From Monocercomonoides exilis PA203 (taxonomy: Eukaryota; Protista; Preaxostyla): a stretch of DNA of 64,000 nucleotides. The DNA lies in NCBI GenBank assembly GCA_001643675.2, contig LSRY02000036.1, forward strand, positions 1,001,638-1,065,637, read 5' to 3'. The position numbers and the translations under genes are program-made. The first letter of the stretch is position 1. Every line of letters begins with the position of its first letter. The notes under the pieces are model-generated. The model searched no databases. It had not been told where the DNA came from and was given only the letters and a program-made list of their open reading frames with translations. Shown here piece after piece: positions 39,301 to 53,177 of this stretch.

Positions 39301-40274
39301 TAAATTTGAATGAAATTATGAAGAATTGCATTTTGAGACGAAATGAATGAAACGAGTGTCCTTATTCAAGAAGAAGAGATGAAAGGAATGAAGAGAAAAG
39401 CGAAGGAAGACAAATTGAAAAGAAAGAAAAAGGAAAAAGAGATATGAAAAACTGAACAAAAAATGAAAAGAATGCGAAGAGCAATAAATTCTGATTGGTT
39501 TGTTTTGTCATTCCCATTCTGAATTGGAGCAATTGATTAGTTTCTTCTTCAGCCATGTTTTCTATTGTTGTCTTTGGTGCTCATAAAGCTGATCACTGGA
39601 TTCTTCATTAAAGTTTTCATCACAATTGCTGCAAAATCCTTTTCAAGAAATTTCATTTCGTTCTTCTTCTTCATCTTCATCATTGTCTTCCTCTTCTCAT
39701 GCATTGGCGCCAAATTATATTTAGGAATTAAAAAGCAGACAGAATTTGTGAATGAAGAAGCTAACAAACAAACAAAGGCAGAAATGGACCAGTGATGAAC
39801 GGGAAAGTGTGAAAAATGTCATTTGACTGAATATTGCTGGAAGGGAAGCCAGTTGTTTCTTGGGTGTTTTGAATCTCTCGAAATAGATGAAATGACTCTG
39901 TGAAAACGATGGAGAACAAAGAAACAGTTTTTGGAGAGAAATATTTGCTTGTAGAGAAAAACAATTGAAACCACATTAAGTGGGAAATTCGAAGAGAAAA
40001 TTAAGAGAAATCGTAAATGAACAAAAGAACGAAGAATTCAACTGTCACTTAAAAGAAAATGATGAATCCAACTTGTTATTTGATAAAGATTTTCGTTGAA
40101 ATGATTGGAATTTGAGAGATATCTAAACTGTTCATCTTTTTATGTATCTTTTCTTCATTAAAAAGAAATGAAAAATTATTTAAAAAATCTCAACATATTG
40201 CTCCTTTTTGATATGGTGAATTAATGGGAAAAGAAAAGAAAAATACAATACTGAAGTGAATTTATTGCATTTCG

Positions 40275-41712
40275 TTAAACACATATAAAATGTTCTTCTA
40301 AATCAACCGAAAATCTTGAATAAAACTTTCTGTTCAGAAAAGCAAATGTTTGAAGAAAGCTTGTGATGCTGTCTTCGTGTCCTTCCTCTTCCATCTTTTC
40401 AAATACCTCCATTTTTATAATCTTTCTTTTCGATTCGACAAAGTCATATTCCACATTTCTTTTCAATCTCCATAAAATCAATTCAAAAAATATCAAGCTT
40501 TCAAATGCCACCTTGTCATCCAACGTTGGTTGCTGAATCTCCTTCAAAACAATATTAACTGCTCCGCTTTTAAGCAAGCCATAGACTTCTACAGATCTGT
40601 TTCTCACTGCTCCATAAAATAAAGTGATGCATCTATTGCAAATTTCACAATAATTATCGTTTGCTGCTTGAAATACCCCAGCAATGCAGCCAAAAAGCTT
40701 TGAAAATGATTCACTCCACAATTTGCATGAATCAAAGAAATTATACAAAGTTCTGAGCCAATTCATCAAAAGCAAAACTTCTTCCGTTTCTTTTCATCTT
40801 TTTCCTTTCTCTCTCTTCCAATCCACTCGTTTTTTCAATTCATCCAGTTCTCTTTTTGTCTCTCTCACGAAATGCAGCTCGTTTATTATTGTCTCATCCA
40901 AACGATCATCGAAGAATAATCTACAGATCAAAAACTGCCAAGCAGACTGATACGCAAGCTGTGTGAGGTTATGATGTTCCTGATGATATTGGATAATTTC
41001 TGTAATCTCATTCAAAAAAAGTTCTTTTTTCATTTCCTGTTCAAAAAAAGAGAGAAACAATTCAACAAGGTTAAAAATATGATAGAAATTCTCACACAGA
41101 ATATTCATCAATGCAACTCAGCGCAATCAAAGCCATTTCCACTTCTTTCTGAGCCTCTTCGTTTTCCTCTTTTTTCAACGCAACTGTGAAAAGACATGGA
41201 ACACAAATCGTTATCAATTTTGGTGGAAAGAAGCGGACCAGAGAAACGTAGCATTCACAAAGTTCAACCAGAAGCTTTTCGTTCTTAACTTTCTTCTTCT
41301 TTTTTTCTTCAAAAATCATCCTTTTAAATCTTTCGCTTAAGGAAGATCTTTCAAAACTTAAGATATTCAGGCGATTCAATGCTTTGCAACGCCCAATGCG
41401 TTTCAATAACACAATAGAATTCCCAATCGAGAGTTTCTCTTCGTCAATCATTTCATGGATTTATTGAACAGTTCTTTTGAGAAAATGGAATCAAATTCTT
41501 TTTCACTCATCCAATCCATTATTCCATTCATCTCTTCGATTTTCTGTCTCTGCATATCTTTATTGCAGAGTTGAAGCGTCGAACACAGTTCTAATAAAAC
41601 AATAATCATCACAATCAGAAATTCAAATGAACGTTCACAAGCCAGAAAACTTCTCTGTTCTGGACATCTCCAGAATCACATCTTCATGCTCTCTATTATC
41701 GTGGGAAATCAT
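40275..41712 (-). pseudogene. Second copy of the HQEHHNLTxLAYQS family, frameshifted
   Basis: Same motifs (QKEVEMALIAL, HQEHHNLTQLAYQSAWQF, KMEEEGHED). The frame breaks near 41460 and 40795 with no intron-sized gap. Confidence 0.7.
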
Positions 41713-42193
41713 GCTTCTTACAGAAAATAAGTTAATTTATGTGATAAGTTTAGCAATTAACGAAATAAAAGACAAATTCAAGCATAGTTGATGATCTCAC
41801 AAAATGAAAGGGATACAAACGCAAAACAATTTGTTTTTCTTATCAAAATAGTATGAAAAGAATATTCAGCAAAATCAACGATTTTGGCTGCAAAAGGCCA
41901 GAAAAGCAGATGTTTTGATTGTTTGATCAAGCCAACAAAAAATAGAAGTGTGGAAATTGATCAGTTTATTATTAAAATTGTTAATTGAGTTTGATTTTTA
42001 TTGTTGTGAAATTGGATATGCCAATTACACATAAACTGAGATTTACAGAAAAAAGAAAAAGTTACAAAACAATCTAATTCATAAAAGAAAAGTCTTTTTC
42101 GAAGATAAACGAAGTAGATTCAGATTAAAAAAAAGGAAAACAAATGCTTGCAAACTCAATGAATTTCATTTGATTATTTATTCTTGTTTTTTC

Positions 42194-42674
42194 GGCAAAG
42201 GGCTACTTTAAGGGTACCTAAAAAAGTTTTAATAAGCTTCATGAAAAGGCTAAATGTTTCCAATTGAACTTTCATCAACACTCTTTGGTGTTGACAATAT
42301 GTTTTATTAATCATCGAACTTTTTTAGGGTTTTCGTTCTCAAAAACAACTGACCCCTAATTGAAATTTTGAACAACTTTTTTGAAAAGTTAATTAAATAA
42401 CAATAAAAAGACATTTTTAGGTTTATAAATTTGAATATTTGTGCTATTTGCAATTGTTTGAGTTGAAAATAACTCAATTTAAGTATTTTAATGAAGTTTG
42501 AAAAAAGTCTCGTAAAACTTAAGATTTGAATAAAAAAACATTCAATCATTTTCAGTTTTGATCAATTGGTTATTATAAACCTAATGAATTTATAATATCT
42601 TAACATTGCATTTTTAAGCTATTTATTCATGGATTTAACGAAAAAATCGGGTACCCTTAAAGTAGCATCTTGCC
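42194..42674. mobile_element. Merlin-type MITE (481 bp)
   Basis: TIRs GGCAAAGGGCTACTTTAAGGGTACC and GGTACCCTTAAAGTAGCATCTTGCC. 8-bp direct repeat GTTTTTTC at 42186-42193 and 42675-42682. Confidence 0.85.
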
Positions 42675-45600
42675 GTTTTTTCAATTTTCAGTTTTCATTC
42701 AAGATGACTCATCGGATTATTGAAAGGAAAAAAAACCAAAAACCAAAAATCAAAAATGAATTGTCGATTCTATTCTAAAATCAGTCAAACAGCAGAATGA
42801 AATGTTAAAATGGTTTAACAGCGAAATGAACAAAAAATGAAAATTCTTGAAGGTCATCTCCAACATCAAGGATGGCAGGACAAATGATTGGCAGAATAGC
42901 TTCAATGTTTGAAAAACACCTTTCTCTTTTGTTTTCATCAAATGCTTTGAACACCAAATATCCATTTTTCTTCGATTGAATGGAGATCAGATGAGAAATG
43001 TCGCAAATGCAGCTGTTTCATGAGAAGCATCCAGGAAGCACAACAATTCAACAACACCTTCAATTGTTCATCAAAAACCCAGAAGAAATGATTTAGAGAA
43101 TTCAGCTGCAATCCCAAATGAATAAAGAGAGTAGAAGGGTATTCTGATTAATTGTCAGAATGCTTCCTTTTGCACACACTTTTCTCTTTTTTGAATTAAT
43201 CAGAAATACTTCTATGGAATTCAATGGCTACCGCATCTTATCTCCATGGCTGATGAAAATGATGGACATCCTTTTTTGAATGTCTCTTCAATCCTTCCTT
43301 TTTTTCTTTTCCCTCTGCAAATAGCACACTCTGCAGAAGAAATTTCTTCCATTTCAATCCTGTCTCATCCAAAACTCTCAAAATGCTTAATCTGCTAAAT
43401 CATATTATTTTCCAAGTAATTATCTGTCTCTTGTATTTTTGAACTTGTGATTCTCGATACAATTGAATCTCCATCATTCACAACCACAACCATTCGCATC
43501 GACATCTTCTTGTTGAATCTTTGCTATTCTATTGGAAACACCAAAAGAAAGAAACTTTATTGTATCTTCATTGATTCCATATGTTTTTGAAATGGTTACA
43601 TGAAGGATTCATTCGTAACTTATTATTGTTTCACTTCTTCTTTCAACTCCTTTCATTTTTCGTTTGCTATTAAATTCTTTCAGCCTATTATCATCTTCCC
43701 ATGAATTCCCAAATAAGCTAATAAGATCATTCTCATTCGGTGAAATGCAATTTGAAAGAATCTATTTCTCAGACAGACATATTCTGCACACAACGCTCCT
43801 TCTCCAATACATTTTTCATATTCTTCTTCTTTTTCATAAATTTTTTTCATCGCCTCTTCTTCGCCTTTTTTGTATTTTTCGTCTTCTCTGCCTTTTCCTT
43901 ATCCTTCCTTCTCCTCTCCTCCTCCTCCACCACCTTCTTCTTCTTCTTCAATTTCTTTAACATCATCATCTTCTTCTTCTTCTTTATTGAGAGAAGCACT
44001 CCTGCTTGCTTTGCCATTCCGGAGGCTGCGAAGCTTTGAGAAGAAGGCGACAGGAGATGATAAGTCATCTTCGTCTTCATCATCATCATAAGCTCCTAAG
44101 ATTGACCCTTCTGAGATATTATGGAAGTATCAAACAAGTCCGCAGCTGGGATTGACGATATAAATATACGACTGTGGATTGTGGCGCCTGAGGCGGCTGG
44201 AATTTATACAAATCAAAGAAGTGGTTGCTGAGAGCGCTGCAGACGCTATGGGGTTGTGTTGTGTGTTCCCGCTATGCAGATCTTTCTGCGATGATTTCGG
44301 TTCCGTTGGTAGCGCCGCTTCCGTCGCTTGCAGCGTCTATGGGCACGAAGTCGGGGAGCAAGCGGATCTTTGCAGCGGCATATGTGAACGCGTTCCCGTA
44401 GATCTGCGATCTGCTAAACCCATCGCTGCAGATATGGTGATCGTCTCAGTTGAAATATTTGGTGGTGAAGCTGGACGAGGAAGTGATGGAATGAGGGATT
44501 GGAGTGTGTGAAGTGTGGGAGATTGTGGAGAAAGGGCTGTTGGTGGAGGGGCTGAGGATGGAGGATGTGGTTCTGTCAAAAGCAGCGATTGCACTGGCGG
44601 TGCTGGAGGAGCGAGAAAAGGAGGAATGAAGAGGAATGAAGAAGAAGAAGAAGAAGAAGAAGATGCTGTTGAAAGTGTACAATAATATTGCTATCTCAAA
44701 TCATCAACATATGGTTGTCACACAAAGGCACTAAGATTTCTGTCTGCTCATTTTGCAATTCCTTTAAAGGCATATGATGGAATGTGATTGAAGCAATCCT
44801 CTCAACTTTTGTAATCCTTTCAAAAGCGTGGGCTGAAATTGAAGTTGTTGATCTTCATTTCTCATGTTTCAATTGCATAATAACAAATAACGATGCTTCC
44901 ATTAATAATAAACCATAAATTATGGGCACGAATTTTGAACGCAAAAGAAGATCATTCAAACCAAAATCTCACCATTCTCCAATCGCACTGCTTTGCATTG
45001 TTTTCTAAGTTTTTGTTCGCAAGAAATATCCTTCCCCTGATATTGCCAGCCACTTTCCTTGCCCAAAAAATACCACAAACTGCTCCACTGCCTTATGCTC
45101 CAAAATTCTATATAATTTTGTGCAGATTTTGTCTTTCACAGAATTCCTTCCATAAATCTTCATTCAATGAAACATCAGTTGAATTTGTTTTCATCTCTTG
45201 TTCCAAATAAAAATCATGTATCTTGCGTGACTTCTTTTATATCCAAATTTCTATATAACAATCAGCTCCGTTTTCATCGTATTGCTCCACAAAGCGGGGA
45301 TTGGCCATTTCAACAATAACTCATATTCCTGCACTTTGGAAATGATACAGACGGAAACATCTTCACAATCAATAGAAAAATAAAAATCACATCTATTATG
45401 TCTTTTTGTGTTATTGGTAAAATTGTTGTATTTCTTCTATCTTCCAATTAACAAAAATCATCAGACAGAATTTCAGCATAATTGCATCTCCACCATTGTC
45501 TGTTGTAATCACATGAAATAATATTTTTAGTTCTACAGGCAATGTTCACTTACAAAATTCTCATTCTGTGAATGGAATATTCCGTTTTTTCTAATCTGAT

Positions 45601-46053
45601 GATCATTGAATCTATAACAAAAACTTGAAGTTATTCAAATAAAATACAAAAAAAATTTAATTGTGACTTTCAATAAAGAAGAATGTATATTGAATTGAAT
45701 GTTTAATTATTTGTTTAAAATTTACTCAAAAAGAAAAAAAAGAATTCTATAAAAAAAATATTTTTTATGTTATTAGATGTTGGTTTTGATAGGGAATTGA
45801 AACAAACCAAAAAAGTCAAAATGGCATGTTGATATAAAAAATCAACTGAATTGAACGAAAAAATGCTGATGGTGAATAACAATTGGTGTGTGAAATGAAA
45901 CAAATCTTCGAATTACATTTCAACAAATAATCACACTTTCAATGCGATTAATGAGGAAGAAAAGATTAGAAAAATACTATGATACTCACAAATATATGTT
46001 TTTTAAAATAAAAACTTAGTTAAATTGCTCTGAAAGAATTGGAAATCTCAATT

Positions 46054-48549
46054 CTACTCCTGGCTGCTCATTTCTTGTTCTTTGCTTTCATCTTTGTTCT
46101 CATCTTTGCTTCCCTCGTTGTCTCCATCTTTGTTGCTTTTGACCTTCCTTTTCTTGACAACAATAACAATAACAACCACAACCACTGCAACAACAACAAC
46201 AACTATCGGAACGACAATTGCAACAACAGTTCCAGCATTTGATTTCTTATCTTCTGGAGAAAGATCTTCTGTCTTCTTCAAATATTTCTCATACACATCA
46301 GTTGGTTCTGATTCTTCATCTTTTGCTCCCACAATCCATCCAACTGTCGAATCATCGTAATCATTCGCAAATTCGAATGCACCTTCCTGTTTGCAGAACT
46401 CATCAAAATCTGGGGCAACAATGAATATTGATCTTGCTGTTGAATTCGCTGTGTTTGAGCTATCAATCTCAAGATTGTTTGCAGAAGGAAGTTGAAGATT
46501 CGATATCGTCTTTGGCATTTCAATTATTATTGCCCCTGCTTTCCCCTCTGGTGCTGTGCATGACTTGAATGTGCATTTGTTGTTTCTTCCAATTGCCACT
46601 GTTGATTCTTCTGAGAACAAAACGATCTGCAGTCCAGCTGTATCTCCTATCTTTGAATTGACTTCACGAATATTCAATCCCTCAATAGAAATTTTCACAG
46701 CTTCGTCTAATGGTTCCGTAATATAAATTGCTGCATTGTTTGAAATTTTCACATTGCTGATCTCCACTCCATTCAAAGACACTTCTTTTGGTCCGCTGAA
46801 ATAAAACGTTGATGAAGAAAACGAGACGGTGTCACCGTTATCTGTGCATGTGACGGTGTTCATTGCAACTTTCCCCCTCAAAACGCACACAAGAATGCCT
46901 ACAACGAAATCATCTTCATTATCATTTGCAGTCGTTTCATCGGATAATGATTGCGAACTTACTCTGACAAATCGGCAATTGCTGATGGAAAGTGATGCTG
47001 ACATTTCATTTCCGAAGATTAAAGAATTCCATTTGTTCTCTAACGTGGGAAAGTTAAATGCTAAATACTTGAATTCCACCTCCTTTTCGCACGTCAATAA
47101 ATAAAATGAATCTCTGGCACCACAATTGACAGTCGCTTCTCCATTTCCATTTCCGTCGCTGTTCACTCCTTCAATGATTATTCCACGACTCTTGCTAAAT
47201 GTAATTTCTTCGGCTTGGATAGGATCATCCGACTTTAATATTGAAATGCCAAATATGTCTTCTCTCGTGATCATTCCCAACAATTCATTGGCCTCCTTCA
47301 AACTGTAAATTGGTCTTTCTGAGCTTTCACCATTCCCAGTGCCTCCAGACTTCACATAAATCTTTGAAGCATCTTGCGATGGAGGCAGCAAAGGATCTAA
47401 ATACTTGGATATAAAATCAATTTCTTCGTAATTATATTTTTCAATTCCAGCGACATTCCACATGTTTCTGCTTCGTGTGTAATTCGCTGCAAAACTCTTC
47501 TTCATTGCATTTGCAATGTCTTCGAATAATGAATCATCAGTCATCTTCAAATATATTCCAATATTCCTTTTTGATTCGTCTTCTCCAGCTGTGCATCTGT
47601 CAAATATCAGATTCGTTCCGTCTTCGGGCCATTTAACCTGATTTGCTGATTTAATTGCAAGCATTTGTAGATATATTCCTCCAGAACCATTATAATGATT
47701 GCAACTGCAAGATGAAAAAGTAGTAACTCCTCCATCTCCAACAGTAAAAATGCTTTGGACATTGGAAGTATAAAAATACAATGTTCCGTAAGTACTCGAA
47801 TAACATTCCGAAAACGTACTTCCATTCAATGTTACATCACATTTATTGTTACATGAGAACTGAATTACACTTTCCGCATTTGTCTCAACTTTCTTCAAAG
47901 TTAAATTTGACAATATCACTGTTTCACATTCACTGACATAAAACAATTCTCTTTTCGATGTTAATGTATTTTCTTCATCCGCGCACTCAACTGAGTCCAA
48001 TGTCAATGATCCTCTAGATACAAACACAAGATAAATATCAGTGTGACATCCTTCACTTTCAGGTCGAATAAATCTGCAGTTGCTAATTGACAAGGATGCC
48101 ATGAAACTGTATATCAAATTAAACGATCCATCCTTTTGACTTTCATTTCTCAACGTTGTTGGGAAGTGAAACGCCAAGTATTTGAATTCCACAGTGCCTT
48201 CACACTTGAATAGATTATTTCCTGGATGAACGTTACAGTCTATTGCCACTTCGGTATTTCCATTTCCATTGCTATTCACTCCTTCAATCGTAATTCCTTT
48301 GTTCTTGCCGAAGGTTATCGCTTCTGCAGTCAATGGGCTATCGTCATAAACAATTTTCATGTTGCACGCGATGTCATTCCCCAACTTTTTATATGCACCG
48401 TTCAATGATGGCTTTTCCTGATCGATTGCCAATCCGCTATTTTCATCTTTCCCGCTTTGCTTTACAAACACTGTTGTAATTGATTCAGATGGTTCCTCTT
48501 GCGAGTAAATCAATGTCAAAATTTGAAAAAGAATTAATCCAAAAAACAT
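46054..48549 (-). CDS. Type I membrane surface protein with two tandem beta-helix-like modules
   Basis: Signal MFFGLILFQILTLIYS (ATG 48549). Internal duplication AEAITFGKNKGITIEGVNSNGNGN / AEEITFSKSRGIIIEGVNSDGNGN, and VEFKYLAF twice. TM VVAIVVPIVVVVVAVVVVVIVIVV followed by KKRK. Confidence 0.85.
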   Translation of the reverse strand: MFFGLILFQILTLIYSQEEPSESITTVFVKQSGKDENSGLAIDQEKPSLNGAYKKLGNDIACNMKIVYDDSPLTAEAITFGKNKGITIEGVNSNGNGNTEVAIDCNVHPGNNLFKCEGTVEFKYLAFHFPTTLRNESQKDGSFNLIYSFMASLSISNCRFIRPESEGCHTDIYLVFVSRGSLTLDSVECADEENTLTSKRELFYVSECETVILSNLTLKKVETNAESVIQFSCNNKCDVTLNGSTFSECYSSTYGTLYFYTSNVQSIFTVGDGGVTTFSSCSCNHYNGSGGIYLQMLAIKSANQVKWPEDGTNLIFDRCTAGEDESKRNIGIYLKMTDDSLFEDIANAMKKSFAANYTRSRNMWNVAGIEKYNYEEIDFISKYLDPLLPPSQDASKIYVKSGGTGNGESSERPIYSLKEANELLGMITREDIFGISILKSDDPIQAEEITFSKSRGIIIEGVNSDGNGNGEATVNCGARDSFYLLTCEKEVEFKYLAFNFPTLENKWNSLIFGNEMSASLSISNCRFVRVSSQSLSDETTANDNEDDFVVGILVCVLRGKVAMNTVTCTDNGDTVSFSSSTFYFSGPKEVSLNGVEISNVKISNNAAIYITEPLDEAVKISIEGLNIREVNSKIGDTAGLQIVLFSEESTVAIGRNNKCTFKSCTAPEGKAGAIIIEMPKTISNLQLPSANNLEIDSSNTANSTARSIFIVAPDFDEFCKQEGAFEFANDYDDSTVGWIVGAKDEESEPTDVYEKYLKKTEDLSPEDKKSNAGTVVAIVVPIVVVVVAVVVVVIVIVVKKRKVKSNKDGDNEGSKDENKDESKEQEMSSQE

Positions 48550-51500
48550 CTTTAAAGCACTCTTCAAAATACAATTCTGATCAAAACTTATATAACCATA
48601 AAATTGTTCAAATCGATATGAGACAAAATCATTCACTTTTTGAATTTTGTTCCACACAATATTTACGATATTTTTCTCGATTATTGAATATTTCTGTAAT
48701 TATTTGTATTGTTACTGTTGATTAATAATGAAATGATTGTAGAAAAAGTCTGGAACAAATCTCAGTTTTTTTCAAAAATGCAAAAATTTTGCACAAACGA
48801 CAACATTTTTGTTGTTAAGAGCTGATGAATTTCTTGGATAAAAATGCAATCATCCATCTGTTGTTATTGCTTCACACGAAAATAACAGGAAGCTTCTCAT
48901 ATTGATTACAGAATGTACATAATCGCAGCACATCACTCAGCCAGATGTTTCATTTGTCTCGCATGAAGCGAGCATTATTTGAAACGCATACACTCTTCCT
49001 TTTATAATTTTCTCTTCCAAAATTGATTGGAAAATCCTATATATTCCAAGAAGAAAACTTTTCTAGGTGAACTGCTTTCAACAATGAACAAATGGAAAGT
49101 ATTCGTGTGACATATATTTTCAATTCATTTTATCATTTTTGCATTTTTTTGCTTATAAGGAGTCAGAATAATATGGGTAATTATTTTCGAAATTATATTT
49201 TATCTTTCAATAATCTCGGTCCGATAATTTCCCTTGGATATCAACAAAAAACATTAAAAAGTGAAAAAGCTGAATAAAGACATCTTCTTCTTTGTTTTTG
49301 ACAATTCATTAATTCTAACAACAGTTGTAATAAATTTAACATTTGAATACAAAATCTCATCCCAATAATCAATAACCTTTGAAAAAATAGCACCTGAAAT
49401 AAGTTATGAATTCAAAATAATCACCCGTGTCAAAAATTAATCACATATATGTTTTTTGTCTGCGCCTCATATCCACTGAGCAAAAACAGAAATATAATAT
49501 TTCAAAAAGCAACACAATAACTGGTTCGCTTTAAAATATTGTGCAAATCGGATATAATCATATCGGTTTTCGCACGACTTTTCATAACTGTATCCAATTT
49601 TGATTATTTACGACGTGACTTAACATTAAAAAAACAATTATTTTATTATTCATAAACAAATTTTGGGTCAATTTTTTTCATTTTTGGAAATTCTTCACAA
49701 AAACATATTTTTCAATAGAAATCACTATTTTTTATGATTTATTAGGTTGCTCAAACTTATTTGAACAAGTTTTGAAAAATCAAAAAATAGAGATTTCGGA
49801 ATAATTAATTGATTTTTCAATGAAAAAACAACCCATAATGAAATTAAATGTGATTATATGGGTGATTATTTTTCAAAAGTCGCAAATGTTTAATACTCTA
49901 ATGAATCAAAATTTTCACATTTAGCTCATATTTTTGTTTCCACTCACCAAACTTCACTTATATGGAATATATTTCTGGATAATGTTGTTTCATTCATTCT
50001 GAAGAAATTTCGTGAGTGAAAATAGAAATTTGAATAAAATGTGGAATTTTTAATTCATAAGAAAATTAAACATTTGCAGCATTTCAAAAAGAATTATCCA
50101 TATATATTTGGCCCTGTGATTATATGCGATCGAAAATGAATGAAAAATAGGCGAAATATGTTGATGCATCGAAAAATGAGACTAAACGAATGTGATTATA
50201 TTCGACGTGATTATATTTTGTGAAGACAGTACATATGTCTAAATTTTTTTGAAAAGTGACAACAGATCAAAAATATAACCCATCGTCATTAAATAATTTT
50301 CATTCCGTTTCCATTATTCAAATGATAATAAGGCATAGGTTCAAACGCGTTCCTTTTGCAATTCGCGTTTTTAAACCCTCAAATTATAACGAATTAATAG
50401 ATAATAATTATTTAAAAACTTTTTATGGACCGATTTTTCGAAAAAAATTTTTCTTGTTGAAAAAAATGATTTTTGAAAAATGACCCATAAAAACATGAAT
50501 TTCATAAATAATTATTCAAATTTTAAAGAAAACGTGATTTTTTCGCATCAGAAGTGTTTGCATTGTTATGTAAACTTATTTTATTTGTTAATTTTCATCA
50601 TTAACAATATAAATCATAAATAAAAAATTAAATTAAATATCTTTGATCTAACCCACAATAAAATTTTTTATGTCTGGAAAAGTTGAATATGCTGTTTTAG
50701 ATGAAATCGAACTCAATAGTTTGCCATCATTTCATTTTTATATATAAAATTTAACATATTATAATATGCGCACTTGCTTTATATTGAAAACAGCTTTTAA
50801 TCACAGTCACATTAAGGTGTTCCTTTTTGCTTGAATATTTGAAACCACCTAATATTAGTTCATTTACGTACGTAAAGGAACGAAAAAAGTTATAAGTGAG
50901 TCTTTAAATAACAATATTATTTATTATGCTTTTATATTTCATATATTTTATTGTTCTTTATTATTTCTGTGTTTTTTTGTATTAGATACGATTATAACAT
51001 AGTTAAATGAATCGCTTTCGCACATACATACTTCAACTGCCCAAAAAATTTCAACGTTGATTTATAAAAACAATGAATTGAATACAAGTTTGGGCGAGAT
51101 ATTATCTGATTGACAGACGAGTTGAGTAAAAATTCAAAGAGGACATGAAAAGCACTCTTTTTTTAATTATTTTAAAATTATTGTTATTTAGCGAAACTTC
51201 GTCTGTCATGTTCAGTTTTGAAAATGTTAAAAATAAAAAAATAATGGGTGCGATCATGAGCTGATATTGTTCCGGTGAGATATTTATTTATAGAGTTCGC
51301 AAATGCTGATGAACCCTGTTGTTTGCATATTTAACTTTTATATTTTCTTTAATAAATTATGCGAAAACACAAAATTCTTCTTTTTAGTGGATGAATCGCA
51401 AATCCTTTCAAAAAAGTTTTCGCTTGGGTTCTGCGCTGGAGAAGAAATCAGTTTGCATGAAGTGGATTTTCGAATAATCATAAAATTGATGGTTTGTACT

Positions 51501-51569
51501 GAGCGGATTATTTAAATGTTTGTTATTATCATTTTTTATTGTATCAACAATACTTTTGAAACAAAGCAT

Positions 51570-52330
51570 TGCACTTTGATGAATGGAAATAGAAAATCGA
51601 AGTACTGAACAAATTGACAGAAACAATATATGAATATGGATTTGTTTTTTTTTTTCCACAGAAGAATTGTTCGGTAAAATACATAAAATGATTGAAGAAG
51701 AGAAAATGACGTTGGGAAATGCTATTCTGCTACTGAAGCGTATTGGGCTTTGCAAAGTGTTGAAAGGATTTTTTTTATTTCTTTTTTTGATAATTCATTG
51801 ATGCCAAAAGATTTGAGAAGATAATTACTGACGAAAATGAGAAGAAAGAAGAAAAGAATGAAAAACTTTTAGCTGATCTTTCGAATTCCTCGTTTTTCTA
51901 TTCATTGGATTACCATCTAAATTATTTTCAATTGACAAGATCTTCCTTATGAAAGCTGCATCGAACAAAGAGGAAAGCTATAAAGTTCAGAAAGACGTGG
52001 AAGTTGCATTAACAGAATTGAAATGAATGGAGCTTATGTATGAGCATTTCTGTTTCATTTTTATTATGTTTGCTTTTTTTTTCCTTATTTCTGATTAGGA
52101 AGTGAAACAAGAAGAATATTTGAAGGAAATAACAGAAATCATCAAACATCAGCAGAAACACAGAAATCTCACAAAACTTGCCTATCAGTCTGCTTGGCAA
52201 TTTTTTATATGCAGATTTTACAACAATGGATTGTTGGAAGATACAATTGCTAATGAGATGCATTTTGGAAGAGAAGCATCAAGAAAATTGGAAGAGCCGA
52301 AAAGAAATGCGGATTGGAAGAGATGATAAT
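51570..52330 (+). pseudogene. Captured fragment of HQEHHNLTxLAYQS-family gene in left arm
   Basis: IHKMIEEEKMTLGNAILLLKRIG...; YLKEITEIIKHQQKHRNLTKLAYQSAWQF...MHFGREASRKLE. Contains frameshifts. Intron GTATGAGC...CTGATTAG (52038-52098) is retained. Confidence 0.85.
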
Positions 52331-52413
52331 AAGAAATGGAAAGAGCAAAATGAAATAATCATCAGTAGTGGCTGATAAAAAGAAGGAAGCAGCGGAAGCA
52401 GCAGAAATTAGGT

Positions 52414-52825
52414 ATGAAGCAAGAGAAATGGCAGACAAAGAGAATGAAGCAAGAGAAATGGCAGACAAAGAGAATGAAGCAAGAGAAATGGCAGACAAAG
52501 AGAATGAAGCAAGAGAAATGGCAGACAAAGAGAATGAAGCAAGAGAAATGGCAGACAAAGAGAATGAAGCAAGAGAAATGGCAGACAAAGAGAATGAAGC
52601 AAGAGAAATGGCAGACAAAGAGAATGAAGCAAGAGAAATGGCAGACAAAGAGAATGAAGCAAGAGAAATGGCAGACAAAGAGAATGAAGCAAGAGAAATG
52701 GCAGACAAAGAGAATGAAGCAAGAGAAATGGCAGACAAAGAGAATGAAGCAAGAGAAATGGCAGACAAAGAGAATGAAGCAAGAGAAATGGCAGACAAAG
52801 AGAATGAAGCAAGAGAAATGGCAGA
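52414..52825 (+). repeat. 30-bp tandem array (ATGAAGCAAGAGAAATGGCAGACAAAGAGA), ~13.7 identical copies
   Basis: Directly visible, no spacers. Confidence 0.97.
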
Positions 52826-53177
52826 AATTGACTAAAAGCATGTATATGATCATTTTTTTTTTATATTTTATTTTTTTAGTGATATTAATTGTTATATCAA
52901 TTCTTTAACTGTTAATTTAAGTTTAATACCACTTTGATGACATTGAAATTATATTTTAAAATTTCTTATTTATCGATTATATTTTTTTTGTGCATTTTTT
53001 AATGACATCGACTTTGTTGATTATTGTTGTGTGGAACAATTTGTTTATTTTTTATTTTTTTATGCTAAGATTGCAGTACTCGCATGTTAATGGATCTCTC
53101 TTTTTGTATTTTTATCAATTTCTATTTTTATAAAATGAAACATTTATTTCTTAACAAATATGAAACTTTATTTGTTC

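Noticed and set aside
36450-40000. Short ORFs in 36.5-40 kb (and 42.9-45.5 kb)
   Set aside because: No recognisable motifs or consistent frame. Probably decayed genes, but no product can be supported.
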